From: the human T2T-CHM13v2.0 reference genome, Homo sapiens
DNA: 64,000 nucleotides
Direction: 5' to 3' (one strand)
NCBI RefSeq assembly: GCF_009914755.1
Contig: NC_060927.1
Shown: positions 41,966-56,277 of the stretch, piece by piece
Position numbering within the stretch: the stretch's first letter is position 1
How the letters are laid out: the number at the start of each line of letters is the position of its first letter
Translations under genes and position numbers: made by a program
The notes under the pieces: model-generated
What the model was told of the DNA's origin: nothing
What the model saw: the letters and a program-made list of their open reading frames with translations, nothing else
Database searches by the model: none

Positions 41966-42031
41966 ACAAAGACAATGATGCTACGAAGAAACTGCATCAA
42001 CTAATGTGCAAAATAACCAGCTAGCATCATG

Positions 42032-45000
42032 ATGACAGAATCAAATTCACACATAACAATATTAACCTTAAATGTAAATGGGCTAATTAAAAGACACAGC
42101 ATAGCAAATTGGATAAAGAGTCAAGACCTATCGATGTGCTGTATTCAGGAGACCCATCTCATGTGCAAAGACACAAATAGGCTCAGAATAAACGGATATA
42201 GGAATATTTACCAAGCAAATGAAGAGTGAAAAAAAAGCAGGGTTTCAATCCTAGTCTCTGATAAACAGACTTTAAACCAACAAAGATCAAAAAAGACAAA
42301 GAGGCCATGACATAATGGTAAAGGGATCAATGCAAGAAGAAGAACTAACTATCCTAAATATATATGCACCCAATACAGGAGCACCCAGATTCATAAAGCA
42401 AGTTCTTACAGACCTACAAAGAGAGTTAGACTCCCACACAATAATAATGGGAGACTTTAACACCTCACTGTTAATATTTGATCAACAAGACAGAAAATTA
42501 CCAAGGATATTCAGGACTCGAACTCAGCTCTGGACCAAGCAAACCTAATAGACATCTACAGAACTCTCCACCCCAAATCAACAGAACATACATTCTTCTG
42601 AGCAACACATCACACTTATTCTAAAATTGACCACATAATTGGAAGTAAAACACTTCTCACCAAATGCAAAAGAACGGAAGTCATAACAATCTCTCAGACC
42701 ACAGTGCAATCAAATTACAACTCAAGATTAAGAAACTCACTCAAAACTGCATGACTACATGGAAACTGAAAAACCTGCTCCTGAATGACTACTGGGTAAA
42801 TAACCAAATTAAGGCAGAAATAAATAAGTTCTTTGAATCCAGTGAGAACAAAGATACAACATACCAGAATCTCTGGAACACAGCTAAAGCAGTGTGTAGG
42901 GGGAAATTTAAAGCACTCAGTGACCACATTAGAAAGCAGGAAAGATCGAAAATCAACACCCTAACATCACAATTAAAAGAACTAGAGAAGCAAAGCAAAC
43001 AAATTCGAAAGCTAACAGAAGACAAGAAATAACTAAGATCAGAGCAGAACTGAAGCAGATAGAGACACAAAAAACCCTTCAAAAAATGAATAAATCCAGG
43101 AGCTGGTTTTTTGAAGAGATAGACTACTAGCCAGACTAACAAAGAAGAAAAGAGAGAACAATCAAATAGACACAATAAAAAATGATAAAGGGGAGATCAC
43201 CACTGATCCCACAGAAATACAAACTACCATGAGAGAATACTATAAACACCTCTACACAAATAAACTAGAAAATCCAGAAGAAATGGATAAATTCCTGGAC
43301 ACATATGCCCTCCCAAGACTAAACCAGCAAGAAGTCAAATCCCTGAATAGACCAATAACAAGTTATGAAATTGAGGCAGTAATTAATAGCCTACCAAACA
43401 AAAAAAGCCCAGGACCAGATGGATTCGCAGCCAAATTCTACCAGAGGTACAAAGAGGATCTGGTACCATTCCTTCTGAAACTATTCCAAACAATAGAAAA
43501 AGATGGACTCCACCCTAACTCATTTTATGAGGCCAGCATCATCCTGATACCAAAACCTGGCAGAGACACAACAAAAAAAGAAAATTTCAGGCCAATATCC
43601 CCGATGAACATCAATGCAAAAATCCTCAATATAATATTGGGTAAAGGAATCCAGCAGCACATCAAAAAGCTTATGCACCAAAAATCAAATTGGCTTCATC
43701 CCTGGGATGCAAGGCTGGTTCAACATATACAAATCAATAAACATAATCCATCACATAAACAGAACCAATGACCAAAAGCACATGATTATCTCAATAGATG
43801 CAGAAAAGGCCTTCAATGAATTTCAACACCCCTTCATACTAAAAACTCTCAATAAACTAGGTACTGATGGAGCATATCTCAAAATAATAAGAGCTATTTA
43901 TGATAAACCTATACCTAATATCATATCAAATGGGCAAAAGCTGGAAGCATTCCCTTTGAAAACCAGCACAAGACAAGGATGCCCTCTCTTACCACTCCTA
44001 TTCAACACAGTATTGGAATTTCTAGCCAGGGCAGTCAGGCAAGAGAAAGAAATAAAGAGTATTCAAATAGGAAGAGAGGAAGTCAAATTGTCTCTGTTTG
44101 CAGATGACATGATTGTATATTTAGAAAACCCCATCATCTCAACCCCAAAACTCCTTAAGCTGATAAGCAACTTCAGCAAATTCTCAGGATAAAAAAATCA
44201 ATGTGCAAAAACCACAAGTATTCCTATACACCAATAATAGACAAACAGCCAAATCATGAGTTAACTCCCATTCGCAATTGTTACAAAGAGAATAAAATAC
44301 CTAGGAATACAACTGACAAGGCACATGAAGGACTTCTTCCAGGAGAACTACAAACCACTGCTCAAGAATATAAGAGAGGACACAAACAAATGGAAAAACA
44401 TTCCATGTTCATGGATAGGAAGAATCAATATCATGAAAATAGCCATACTGCCCAAAGTAATATGTAGATTAAATGCTATTCCCATCAAGCTACCATTGGC
44501 TTTCTTCACAGAATTAGAAAAAACTACTTTAAATTTCATACGGAACCAAAAATGAGCCTGTATAGCCAAGAAAATCCTAAGCAAAAAGAACAAAGCTGGA
44601 GGCATCATGCTGCCTTGTTGCGGGAAGTCAGGGACCCAGAACGGAGGAACCAGCTGGAGCTGCGGCAGAGGAATATAAATTGTGAAGATTTCATTTTAAT
44701 ATGGACATATATCAGCTCCCAAAAGTAATACTTTTATAATTTCTTAAGCCTGTCTTTACTGCAATCTCTGAAAATAAATTGTGAAGATTTCGTGGACATT
44801 TATCAGTTCCCAAAATTAATACTTTTACAATTTCTTATGCCTGTCTTTAATCTCTTAATCCTGTTATTTTCATCAGCTGAGAATGTACATCACCTCAGGA
44901 CCTCTATTGTGTTAAACTGTACAAATTGATTGTAAAACATGTATGTTTGAACAATATGAAATCAGTGCACCTTGAAAAAGAACAGAAAAACAGTCATTTT

Positions 45001-46800
45001 CAGGGAACAAGGGAAGACAACCATAAGGTCTGACTGCCTGCAGGGTCGGGCAGAATACAGTCATATTTTTCTTCTTGCAAAGAGCCTATAAACGGACGTG
45101 CAAGTAGGGAAGAAATCACTGAATTCTTTTGCTAGAAGGAATATTAATAATTAAGACCCTGTGAAAGGAATGCATTCCTGGGGGGAGGTCTATAAACAGC
45201 TGCTCTGGGAGTGTCTATCTTATGCATTGAGATAAGGACTGAAATACGCCCTGGTACGCTGCAGTACCCTTAGGCTTATTAGGGTGGGGAAAAAAACCCC
45301 ACCCTGGTAAATTTGAGGTCGGACCAGTTCTCTGCTCTTGAACCCTGTTTTCTGTTGTTTAAGATGTTTATCAAGATAATACATGCACAGCTGAACGTAG
45401 ACCCTTATGGGGAGTTTTTGATTTTGCCATTTGCCTTGTGGTCTTTGCTTTGCCCTTTGCCTTGTGATCTTTACTGGCCTCAGAAACATGTGATCTTTGC
45501 TCTCCTTTTTGCCCTTTGATGCATGTGATCTTTGTGACCTACTCCCTGTTCGTACACCCCCTCCCCTTTTAAAGCCCTTAATAAAAACCTTCTGGTTTTT
45601 CAGCTCAAGTGGGCCTCAAGGTCCTACCTATATGTGATGTCACCCCGGAGGCCCAGCTGTAAAATTCCTCTCTTTGTACTCTTTCTCCCTATTTCTCAGC
45701 TGGCCGACACTTAAGGAAAATAGAAAGAACCTATGTTGAAATATTGGGGGCTGGTTCCCCTGATACTACCTGACTTCAAACTATACTACAAGGCTACAGA
45801 AACCAAAACAGCATGGTACTGGTACCAAAACAAATATATAGACCAATGGAACAGAATAGAGGCCTCAGAAATAATACCACACAGCCAGAACCATCTAATC
45901 TTTGACAAACCTGATAAAAACAAGAAATGGGGAAAGGATTCTCTATCTGATAAATGATGTTGGGAAAACTGGCTAGCCATATGTAGAAAACCGAAACTGT
46001 ACCACTTCCTTACACCTTATACAAAAATTAACTCAAGATGGATTAAAGACTTAAACGTAAGACCTAAAACCCTAGAAGAAAACCTAAGCAATACCATTCA
46101 GGACATAGGCATGGGCAAAGACTTCATGACTAAAACACAAAAAGCAATGGCAACAAAAGTCAAAATCAACAAATGGGATCTAATTAAACTAAAGAGCTTG
46201 TGCACAGCAAAAGAAACTATCATCAGAGTGAACAAGCAACCTATAAAATGGGAGAAAATTTTGCAATCTATTCATCTGACAAAGGGCTAATATCCAGAAT
46301 CTACAAGGAATTTAAACAAATTTACAAGAAAAAAACAAAAGCCCTGTCAAAAAATGGGCAAAGGATATGAAAAGACACTTCTCCAGAGAAGACATTTATG
46401 TGGCCAACAAACACATAAAAAAAGCTCATCATCACTGGTCATTAGAGAAATGCAAACCAAAACTACAATGAGATACCATCTCCTACCAGTTAGAATGGCA
46501 ATCATCAAAAAGTCAGGAAACAACAGATGCTGGAAAGGATGTGAAGAAATAGGAATGCTTTCACACTGTTGGTGGGAGTGTAAATTAGTTTATCCATTGT
46601 GGAAGACAGTGTGGAGATTCCTCAAAAATCTAGAACCGGAAATACCATTTGACCAAGCAATCCCATTACTGGGTATATACCCAAAGGATTATACATCATT
46701 CTACTATAAAGACACATGCACACGTATGTGTATCGCAGTACTATTCACAATAGCAAACAGTTGGAACTAAGTCAAATGCCCATCAATGATAGAGTGGATA
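42032..46800 (+). pseudogene. L1 ORF2p remnant (EN, RT, C-terminal), broken and split by MER11
   Basis: MTESNSHITILTLNVNGL; IYAPNTGAPRFIK; KSPGPDGF; RQGCPL; [10 protein letters not shown]; HCWWECKLV. Confidence 0.92.
44616..45765 (+). mobile_element. MER11 (HERV-K11/HML-8) solo LTR
   Basis: tgttgcgggaagtcagggacc...ggctggttcccctgata; 6-bp TSD ctgcct / ctacct; AATAAA at 45580; removing it restores L1 ggcatcatgctacctgacttcaaac. Confidence 0.9.
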
Positions 46801-48059
46801 AAGAAAATGTGGCACAAATACACCATGGGATACCATACAGGCATAAAAAGAATGAGTTCATGTCCTTTGCAGGGATACGGATGAAGCTGGAAACCATGAT
46901 TCTCAGCAAAGTAACACAGGAACAGAAAATCAAACATTGCGTGTTCTCACTTATAAGTTGGAGCTGAACAATGAGAACACATGGACATGGGGAGGGAAAC
47001 ATCACACACCGGGGCGTTTCAGGGGGTAGGGGGCAAGAGGAGGGATAGCATTAGGAGAAATTCCTAATGTATGAAGGGCTTAAAACCTAGATGATGGGTT
47101 GATGGGTGTAGAAATCACCATGGCACATGTATAGCTATGTAACAAACCTGAACATCCTGCACATGTATCCCAGAACTTAAAGTATAATAAAAAAAGAATA
47201 AAAAAATAAAAAACACAAATGAACAAACAAAAAAAGAAAATGTAAACTAAATTGTCATTAACCATATTCACCTAACAGTGCTACAGAACACTAGAACTTA
47301 TTCCTTCTCTCTAGCTATCATTTTATATCCATTAACCAACCTCTCCCTAGCCTCCTCCCTCTCTAAACCTTCTTAGCCTCTAATAACCACTATTCTACTC
47401 TCTACTTCTACAAGCTCAATTTAACTCTTTCTTGAAAAGACCACTCTTTGCTCATTGAATTGTCTTGATTCCTTTGTCAAAAATCAATTAACCATAAATG
47501 TAAAGGTTTATTTCTGAACTCTCAATTCTATTCTATTGATCTATGTCTATCCTCAGGCAAGTATCACACTGTCTTGATTACTATAGCTTTGTAGTAAGTT
47601 TTGAAGTTGAAAAATGTAAGTTCTGTAATTTTTGTTCTTCTTTTTCAAGATTGTTTTGAAGCTCTTCTGGGTCTCCTTCATTCCTATATGAATATTTGGA
47701 TAAGTTTGCCAATTTCTGTAAAAAAAAAAAAAACCATCTGGGGTTTTGATCAAGATTTTGTTGAGTCCAAGATCAATTTGGGAAGTATTGCCATTTTAAC
47801 AATAGTAAGCCTACTGATCTAGGTACATGCATTGCTTTGTTGAATATATTCATTGGAAATTCTTTTACAGCAATTCTGTCCCACAGCTTATTTTCTTTCA
47901 TTCACTTCAAATTATTTCATATCCATCTACTGATTATTTTAAAACTAATATTTTGAGAAAAATCATATGTATTTTCATGACACAACCACTTATATATTTT
48001 TCATTTTTATTGAGTGTCTACTATGTTCTCTGCATGTTGTTAAGCATTCCTGATTTTAG

Positions 48060-48470
48060 TAATGAGTCTTCTCATTCTTCTGGTCAGTATAGCTAAAGGT
48101 TTGTTGATTTTGTTGATCTTTTAAAAGAACCAACTTTTAGTTTCATATATTTTTTTTGTATTTCCTATTCTCTAGTTCATTAATTTCTGCTCTAATCTTT
48201 ATTATTTCCTTCCTTCTGCCTACTCTAGGTTTAGTTGGCTCTTTTTTCCCCAGTGTCTTAAGGTGGAAAGTAAGGCTATTGACTTGAGATCTTTCTTCTC
48301 TTTTCATGTAGGCATTTATAGCTATAAATTTTCCTCTAATAGCTGCTTTAGCTGCATCCCATCAGTTTATAGACTGTGTTTCGTTTTCATCCATCTCAAA
48401 TTATTTTCTAATTTCCTTGTAATTTCTTCTTTGATCCACTGGTTATTTAGGCATATAAGTTCATTTAAGT
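48060..48470 (-). mobile_element. Old L1 ORF2 fragment
   Basis: agctaaaggtttgttgattttgttgatctttt-aaagaaccaactttt; gctataaattttcctcta. Confidence 0.75.
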
Positions 48471-48610
48471 GTTAAGTTCAATAATTTAATTATGGAAGGG
48501 AAAAATTCCAATTTCTCTTGCAAATCAAAACCACAATGTAATACTATCTCACACCAGTCAGAACAGCTATTACTGGAAAGTCAAAAAATAACAGACGCTG
48601 GCAAGGTTGC

Positions 48611-48981
48611 TATATGGTTTGGCTGTGGCCCCACCCAAATTTCATCTTGAATTGTAACTCCCACAATTCCCACATGTTGTGGGAGAAACTCAGTGGGAGG
48701 GAATTAAATTATGGGGGTGGGTCCTTCCTGTGCTGTTCTTGTGATAGTGAATGAGTCTCACGAGATCTGATGGTTTTAAATACGGGAGTTTCTCTTCACA
48801 AGCTCTCTCTTTGCCTGCCACTATTCACATAAGATGTAACATGCTCCTCCTTGCCTTCCACCATGATTGTGAGGCTTCCCCAGCCACATGCAACTGTGAG
48901 TTCTCCATTAAACTTCTTTCCTTTGTAAATCTCCCTGTCTTGAGTATGCCTTTATTAGCAGGGGGAAAATGGACTAATACA
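48611..48981 (+). mobile_element. THE1 (C/D-like) solo LTR
   Basis: atatggtttggctgtg..cccacccaaat...ggactaataca; 5-bp TSD gttgc / gttgt. Confidence 0.92.
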
Positions 48982-49263
48982 GTTGTGGAGGAAAGAGAAC
49001 ACTTAAACACTGTTATGGGGAGTATAAATTAGCTCAACCATTGTGGAAAGCAGTGTGGTGATTCCTCAAACAGCTAGAAACAGAAATACAACTTAAAGTA
49101 GCCATCCCATTACTGGGTATATATCCAAAGGAATATAAATCATCCTATCATAAAGACAGATGTACATGTAAGTTCATTGTAGCACTATACACAATAGCAA
49201 AGACGTGGAATCAACCTACATGCCCATTAATGACTGATCGAATAAAGAAAATGTGGTAAATAT

Positions 49264-49712
<449 letters not shown>

Positions 49713-50547
49713 CTAAATGGTGAGAACCTATGGACAGCAAGAGGGTACAACAGACACTAGGGCCTACCTGAGGTAAGAGGGTGAGAGAAGGGAGAGGATT
49801 AGAAGAAAAAACTATTGGGTACCAGGCTTAGTATCTGGGTGTTGAAATAATTTGTACAACAAACTCTCGTGACACAAGTTTACCTACATAACAAACCTGC
49901 ACATGTACCCCTGAACCTAAAATAAACTTTTTTTAAAAAGAAAAACATCAATTTGTCACCTGCTAGGTTCTGATTTTTTTAAATGAGTCATTTGCATTCA
50001 GCAAATAAACATACTTTCTGTACTTATTTAGTTCATTTCCACTTCTACATCTTTGTACCTGCTTCTCCAGCTTTAATATGCACACAGGTCATCTGGGAAT
50101 TTTGCTAAAATGCAGATTCTGTCGGTCTGGTGCAGGCCCTGAGATTTCACATTTAATACAAATTCCCAAGTGCTGCTGATTCTGATGTTGCTAGTTTGGT
50201 GAATCGGTTTTGAGTAGGAAGCCTTTATGCAACTACTTGGAATGTCCTTCTCAATTATTCTTTGTGATTAGGCTCAAAATGGTCCTTTGCCCAAAAGCTC
50301 CTATACTTTGTCCCTCTAGTCAGAGGTGAATATATCCTTTTCTAGAACCTCTAACATCCTTCTCATACCCTTTATTTGTACTTGCCCCATTCTTTTAATC
50401 ATTTCTTTATATAGTGTTTTCTGCCAAAGGACTATGAAACTAAGGAGAGCAGGGTTTTGTTCTCTTCATGACTTTGTGCTTCAGTGTCTGAGGGTTCAGA
50501 CTAGATGTTTATTAACTATCCAGTGAATGGATTATAATAGCTAACAC

Positions 50548-50734
50548 TTTTTTTTTCTACAAAAGAAAGAGATTTATTGGACTTACAGTTCCACACGGCT
50601 GGGGAGACCTCACAATCATGGCAGAAGGCAAGGAGAAGCAAGTCACATCTTACATGGATGGCAGCAGGCAAAGAGAGGTCTTGTGCAGAGAAACTCCCAT
50701 TTTTAAAACCATCAGATCTCATGACACCCATTCA
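50548..50734 (-). mobile_element. THE1 fragment ending in poly(A), with TSD-like flanks (candidate L1-retroposed THE1 transcript)
   Basis: Minus strand ...aagtccAATAAAtctctttcttttgtag(A)9; flanks tataatagctaacac / tataaaggctaacat. Confidence 0.8.
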
Positions 50735-51099
50735 TATAAAGGCTAACATGTTTTGTGTGTCAACTACGTGCCAGGACAGCGTCAAGTGCTCTGCAGATGT
50801 CATCTCATTTAATCATCACACCAGCCCCATGAGGAAGGTTTCATTATTATCCTCATTTTGCATACAGGCGCTGAAAATCTTATTTGTGTTCATGATTAGC
50901 TGAATTTGTTTCTGGTTCTTTTAGAAAATTAACAGTCTAATTTAACTACACAGAACAAAGCTCTGGGGGAATCTAATACATGCTGCATTTTATTTGCATG
51001 TATTATGATAGCCAAATCAAAAACAGAGAAACAGCAAAATACTGTTTCCTTTTATGCCTACATGGGGTACTGAAACAGGTGGACAGCAACAATGATGCT

Positions 51100-52025
51100 G
51101 CTTCTCTAGTCCTGCCCTCACCTGTGGTCAGTGTATTCCTATGTGGTCAGTGCATTTGTCTCCAGCTCGGTCTCCTGCCTTCAGCTTCCTCTCTTCTATG
51201 CATCCTCTAAAATATGAATTAGATCATGCCACTGCCTACAATATTCTCTGACTTATAGGTTCCCTATAAGATAATGTCTAAACTCCCTAGGGCAGTTTAA
51301 AATTTTCCTTTCGGCAAACTGTCTAGCATCTCCTCCTTCTATCTCCTTTACACACACTATACTTCCTAAGTCTAGAATGACTAGTCATTCCCCAGGCATG
51401 GCAAGCTTTTACTTCTTTGAGTCTTGCACGTTTTTCTTCCCACTGCCTTCAGTATCCTTCCTCCCTGAACTGACCTGTCCCTTGCCAACTCATCCTTTAG
51501 TACCCAGCTCCTACCAGCTCCACTGAAAAAATGGTCTCAGCTCCACCCTGTGCTCCAGGCTTTTCCCTCTGTGCTTTCTTAGAATTATACACATAACTCT
51601 GATATCATATGAATAGTTGCCACATTTTATCATACTAAAATATATATCTATTCATATATTTTCATCAAAGGCTGTGAGCTCCTCCAGGGCTAGAAATGCC
51701 TTATCCTTTTACTAAACACAAAAATTAGGACTCAATGGGTATTGTTGAGTAAAAAATTTGGTTAAAATATAAGTAGATTGGGACTAAGACACCAACTTTA
51801 TCTACAACTAGAGCTCTTTCCCATTCATTACCAAAGCTCTTCAAGTGTCTAATTTCTATAGCAAGTATCACATCTGCTTTGAATTAGAGTTATGTTTGTG
51901 CATGAAATTCTGAGTTCCTCTAAAGGGCTGGAGTTACAGCACATTCATCTTTGTATCTCTCGGCTCACATAGGGAGTGTCTTGCACATAGAAACCATTCC
52001 ATGAAGGTCTGCAGAACTGAAATAA
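51100..52025 (+). mobile_element. L2 fragments
   Basis: agatcatgccactgc.., ggctgtgagctcctccagggc, cattcatctttgtatc..agtgtcttgcacatag. Confidence 0.6.
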
Positions 52026-52882
52026 GCTTAACTAGATTCACAGGTTTTAGCCAAGTTATTATAAAGCCTCCCACTACTCTGGGGAAACAATTATCTTCAA
52101 CCCAGGAGTGAGGGATCTATTGCAATGCTGTTTGATGTTTCACACTCTCACATTCCCATGGCAAGAGACATCTTTGAAACACATGGGTGTACTGTCTACT
52201 CTGATTACATCAGTCAACACCCGAACCAGATAACAGCTATGCAATGAATGTGAAAAGAGAAGGAGTCATTTTAGAATGCAGAAGTCAATTGCAGAAGTAG
52301 AAATGACTCAGACAGCAATGCACTTGAATTTGAAACAGTGTTCATAGCTCCACTCTTTTTATATTTTGTTGTATCACAAATGAATTTGTAGATGAACATA
52401 GTAGCATGGCTCTCTTGATGATTTCTTCACATTGCAGCCTCAAACTCACTCTTTTTCTCACTATTCTGCAAGCATTTATTGAGCATCAACTAAGCATGAA
52501 GCACTATGCTAGGTACCACTACAATAAAAGATTTGGTAGGGGAAATATAGAATCAAAAAACTTTACTGGGTACTTAAAAATAATATTTTCAATTGCAAAT
52601 GCAAGAAAAATCATATGCAGTCAGTATAACACCTGTAATTGCTTTAGTCCATATATGGTTTTAAATTCAAATTTGCTGTTGGATACTGCAAAATCAATAG
52701 CTTAATGATTCTAATGGTTATATATTAGCAACATTTGCAGCTCTAAGACAGTGATAATTGATATTAATGTAACTGTTCCTAGGATGAAGACAAATATTAA
52801 TATGGCCACTGCTTTCTTCACCAATTCATCTCCTTCCACGCTTCTGATTTTTTCCACATACCTCAGCCACAATGGCTTTTCT

Positions 52883-53022
52883 TTTTTTTTTTAATTATTA
52901 TACTTTAAGTTCTGGGATACATGTGCAGAATGTGCAGCTTTATTATATAGGTATACACGTGCCATGGCGAATGGTGGTTTGCTGCACCCATCAACATGTC
53001 CTCTACATTAGGTATTTCTCCT
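52883..53022 (-). mobile_element. Very short 5'-truncated L1PA7-like 3' end inside an L2
   Basis: ttattatactttaagttctgggatacatgtgcagaatgtgcag; TSD agccaca(a/c)tggc(t/c)tttct (52865-52882 / 53023-53040). Confidence 0.9.
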
Positions 53023-53439
53023 AGCCACACTGGCCTTTCTCCAGAGTCTTGGAGACTTTCAGCTCCTATGACAAAGCTTGCACATGCTGTTCCCTCTGCC
53101 TGGGACATCTTATCTCCCCTTCCCCATTCACATAAGTAACCCTATTTATCCTTCATGTCCCAGGGCAGTGTCACTTTCTCAGAAAAGGTTTCCCTGACCA
53201 GGTCATATCCTCCTCTCATACATCATCCCAGCACCAAAGACCTTTCCTTCAGAGCATTTACAGTAGTTACAATTTTGTAGTTGCTTTAAAAAATCTTGTC
53301 CTTATTGCTTTTCTGGTACCTCTACTGGACTGTAAGTTCATGAAGATAGCGAGGCAATTTATTTTTGTTTACTACTGGCTCAGCAGAGTGAAGGAAACAC
53401 AGGAGGTACTCAATTTTAAAACACTACTGAATAAATTAA

Positions 53440-53675
53440 TCTTAGCTCACTGCAACCTCCGCCTCCTGGGTTCAAGAGATTCTCGTGCCTCAGTCCTCCC
53501 AGGAGCTGGGATTACAGGTACATTCCACCGTGCCTAGCTAATTTTTTGTATTTTCAGTAGAGATGAAGTTTCACCAAGTTGCCCAGGCTGGTCCCGAACT
53601 CCTGAGCTAAGGAAATCTGCCCACTTCAGCCTCCCAAAGTGTTAGGATTACAGGTGTGAGCCACTGCACCTGGCC
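53440..53675 (-). mobile_element. Alu lacking its 3' ~50 bp and tail
   Basis: Begins at tcttagctcactgcaacc and ends cctggcc. Confidence 0.9.
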
Positions 53676-55565
53676 TGATCTGCCATTTCAATATTAGTAG
53701 TTGGAAATTATTCCATGTTTGCAGATGGATATAAAAACAGTTGAATTGAATGAAAGAAAAAAGCTGCAGAACAGGATTGCAGGAGGAGACTCTCAAATGA
53801 ATATATTCAAAGATGTAGAGTCAAAGTGGATTCTGAAAACATTAAAAATTATAAACAAGATACCCTACATTCAAAGATACTATGGATAAATTATAGGAAC
53901 TTTCCCCAAAAGCTGTGATGGCAAGAAAAATATAACGCTCAGACTTTTGAAACGTTAAAAAAAAGAAAGCAGTGGTATAAGGCAACCATCTTCTCATTTA
54001 TGGCAGAAATGTAGACTCCTCCTAAAATGAATCTGAAAGCCACATGAGCATGTAACTACTTTAGAGGTCAGTCAGTCAAAATTCTAACTGAATCTACCCT
54101 GGAGATTACACCTACCGATATAAACTATGAACTAAGTGCATCAGTTATGTATGCAAGAGTGAAATGAGGGTGTGGGCATGTGTAAATGAAACATTGTGAT
54201 TAATACACCTGTCAGAAATTAGAATGCTATGCCAGTTGGTGATTTGCCTTAAGCTTCTCTCCCGGAGAGCTCATATTGCAAAAGATGCCAGTTGTTCTAC
54301 TTGACACCACCATTTGTTTTTGGTGGACCACGTAGAATTGGGTCTTAGACTCAGCTCTGCATTGAAATAAGTAAGAAAATTCTTCCTTTTTTAGGCTCAA
54401 AGGGGCCTGTGGGCCAGCATATGATGTGTATTGTCAGGTGGAATACTTAGATCTACGACAAAATTCTCCTTTATGAAAGCTTGTTGAGAACTCTTGGCTA
54501 GGGGTGGGTGTTTTCCAAATGTGACTTCGGAAGTCTGCAGGGACTTGGCACAAAGGAACCTGGTTCCCTCAGCAATTACAGAACTTTTATAAAGAGTAGG
54601 CCTCAGAAAATAAGCTTGTACTCTGATGATTTCAATGCTCAGACAGGAAGCCGTATAGGGTATTGCCATGAAGTGAAGTCTCCATGCCCATGGGAACAGA
54701 ATCTTGCCCTGAAATGACAGTCCGATCTGTTTTCCTTGCTCAACCTTATCCTCTATCCTTTCCTAATTCCTGGTATAATGTGCCTTCCTTGCTCTATAAG
54801 TGATGGGCTCCTCTGCAACATGATTCTTATAAAGAGCTTTTGATTAATTAAAGAAGAGACAGAGAGGCTTGGGTAATCAGTCATGCAATTCACCTGTTCA
54901 TAACCAATTTCATGCCTGCTCTCACCCACTCAATGGCACATGGTCAACTTCTCAAAGGTCTGGGGTGAATTTTCACAGATGGGGTCTGCAGAAAATCCTC
55001 TGCATATTATGTTAGTGGTAATGTAGTTACTCAACTATGTAATACTTAGTGGAATGCGTTTCATCCTAAAGGATAAAATAGAAAAACTCCTTTGGAATAA
55101 AATTTGGCAATATTAATCAAGCATCAGGAAATGATCAAAAACGTTCACACAGCATTAACATTTTGCTCTTTAAAATCTCTAAGGAAATAACTGATAAAAA
55201 CTATGTGCACAAAGATACTTATGATTGCGTTTTTTATTATAGCAAAGAAATGGAAAGAAATCAAGTAACAAATAGAGGAACAGTTAAATAAAATGTGGTA
55301 CATCCCCTTGTGGAAATAAAGTGATTATTGTTGAAGATAGTTAGCAAGACTAGGAAGCAGACTGAAAAAAAATGCTTAGGACTAACGTGAAATAAAAAAA
55401 ATCAGAACACAAAGTTAAATTTATATGATGATAATAAATAATAAAATATACACACCATAAAATACAAGAAGGAAGTATATTAAATTGTTCCCGGGGTGGG
55501 GGGTTTAAATTGTGGGATTGTTGTCTGTTTTTATCCTCACCTTTAACACAGTCTAGTGAGTATGA

Positions 55566-56215
55566 TTTTTTTTTTAAAAAAAGAGGTTTATAGAGATATA
55601 ATTCACATACCAAAAGGTTCACTCTTTTCAAATGTACAGCCCAGTGGTTTTTAGCATATTCAAAGAGCTGTGCAAACATCACCACTCTCTAATCCCAGGA
55701 TGTTTTCATCATCCCTCAAAGAAACTTGGTACCCTTTAGTTGTCACTCCCTGTTTGGTCCTCGCCCTAGCCCATGGCAACCACTAGTTTATTTTCAGTCT
55801 GTACAGACTTGCCTATTCTGAAGATTCCAAATAAGTGGAATCATACAATATGGCCTTTGGGGTTGGCTTCTTTCATTTAGCATAAGGTTTTCAAGGTTCA
55901 TTCATACCGTAGCATCTATCAATGCTTAATTCCTTTTATGTCAAATAATATCCCATTTATTGGATATACCACATTTTATTGATCCGTTTACCAGGTGACG
56001 GACATTTGGGGTTATTTCCACTTACAGGCTATTATAAATAATGCTGCTATAAACATTCAGTTACAGGTGATCGTTTTCGTTTACTACAGGTATACATCTA
56101 GGAGCAGAATTGCTGGGTCATAAGGAAACCCTGTGTTTAACTTTTTAAGTATTGCCAACCTCTTTTTCAAAGTGGTGGCACCATTTTATGATCCTGTCAG
56201 CAATGTGTGAAATTT
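55566..56215 (-). mobile_element. L1MB 3' fragment (an L1ME-like + strand fragment lies at about 55050-55560)
   Basis: gagatataattcacatacca..ttcactctttt..tgtacag..cagtggtttttagcatattca. Confidence 0.8.
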
Positions 56216-56277
56216 CTGTACCTTGGCTTTGCATGGGAAACAGTTAAATGAAAATTTCCTGAGAAAGTACAGTGATA

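Larger units (their letters stand above)
39611..47235 (+). mobile_element. Full-length, inactive L1PA7/L1PA8 interrupted by MER11
   Basis: 5'UTR, ORF1, ORF2, 3'UTR and A-tail in order; TSD gaaaatatacacta (39597-39610) / gaaaatgtaaacta (47236-47249). Confidence 0.93.

Noticed and set aside
44675-44850. Internal ~100-bp near-duplication in the LTR as a novel repeat
   Set aside because: As I recall this is part of MER11 consensus structure, not locus-specific
40951-46800. Possibly active L1
   Set aside because: ORF1 and ORF2 are fragmented by stops and frameshifts and interrupted by a 1.15-kb LTR
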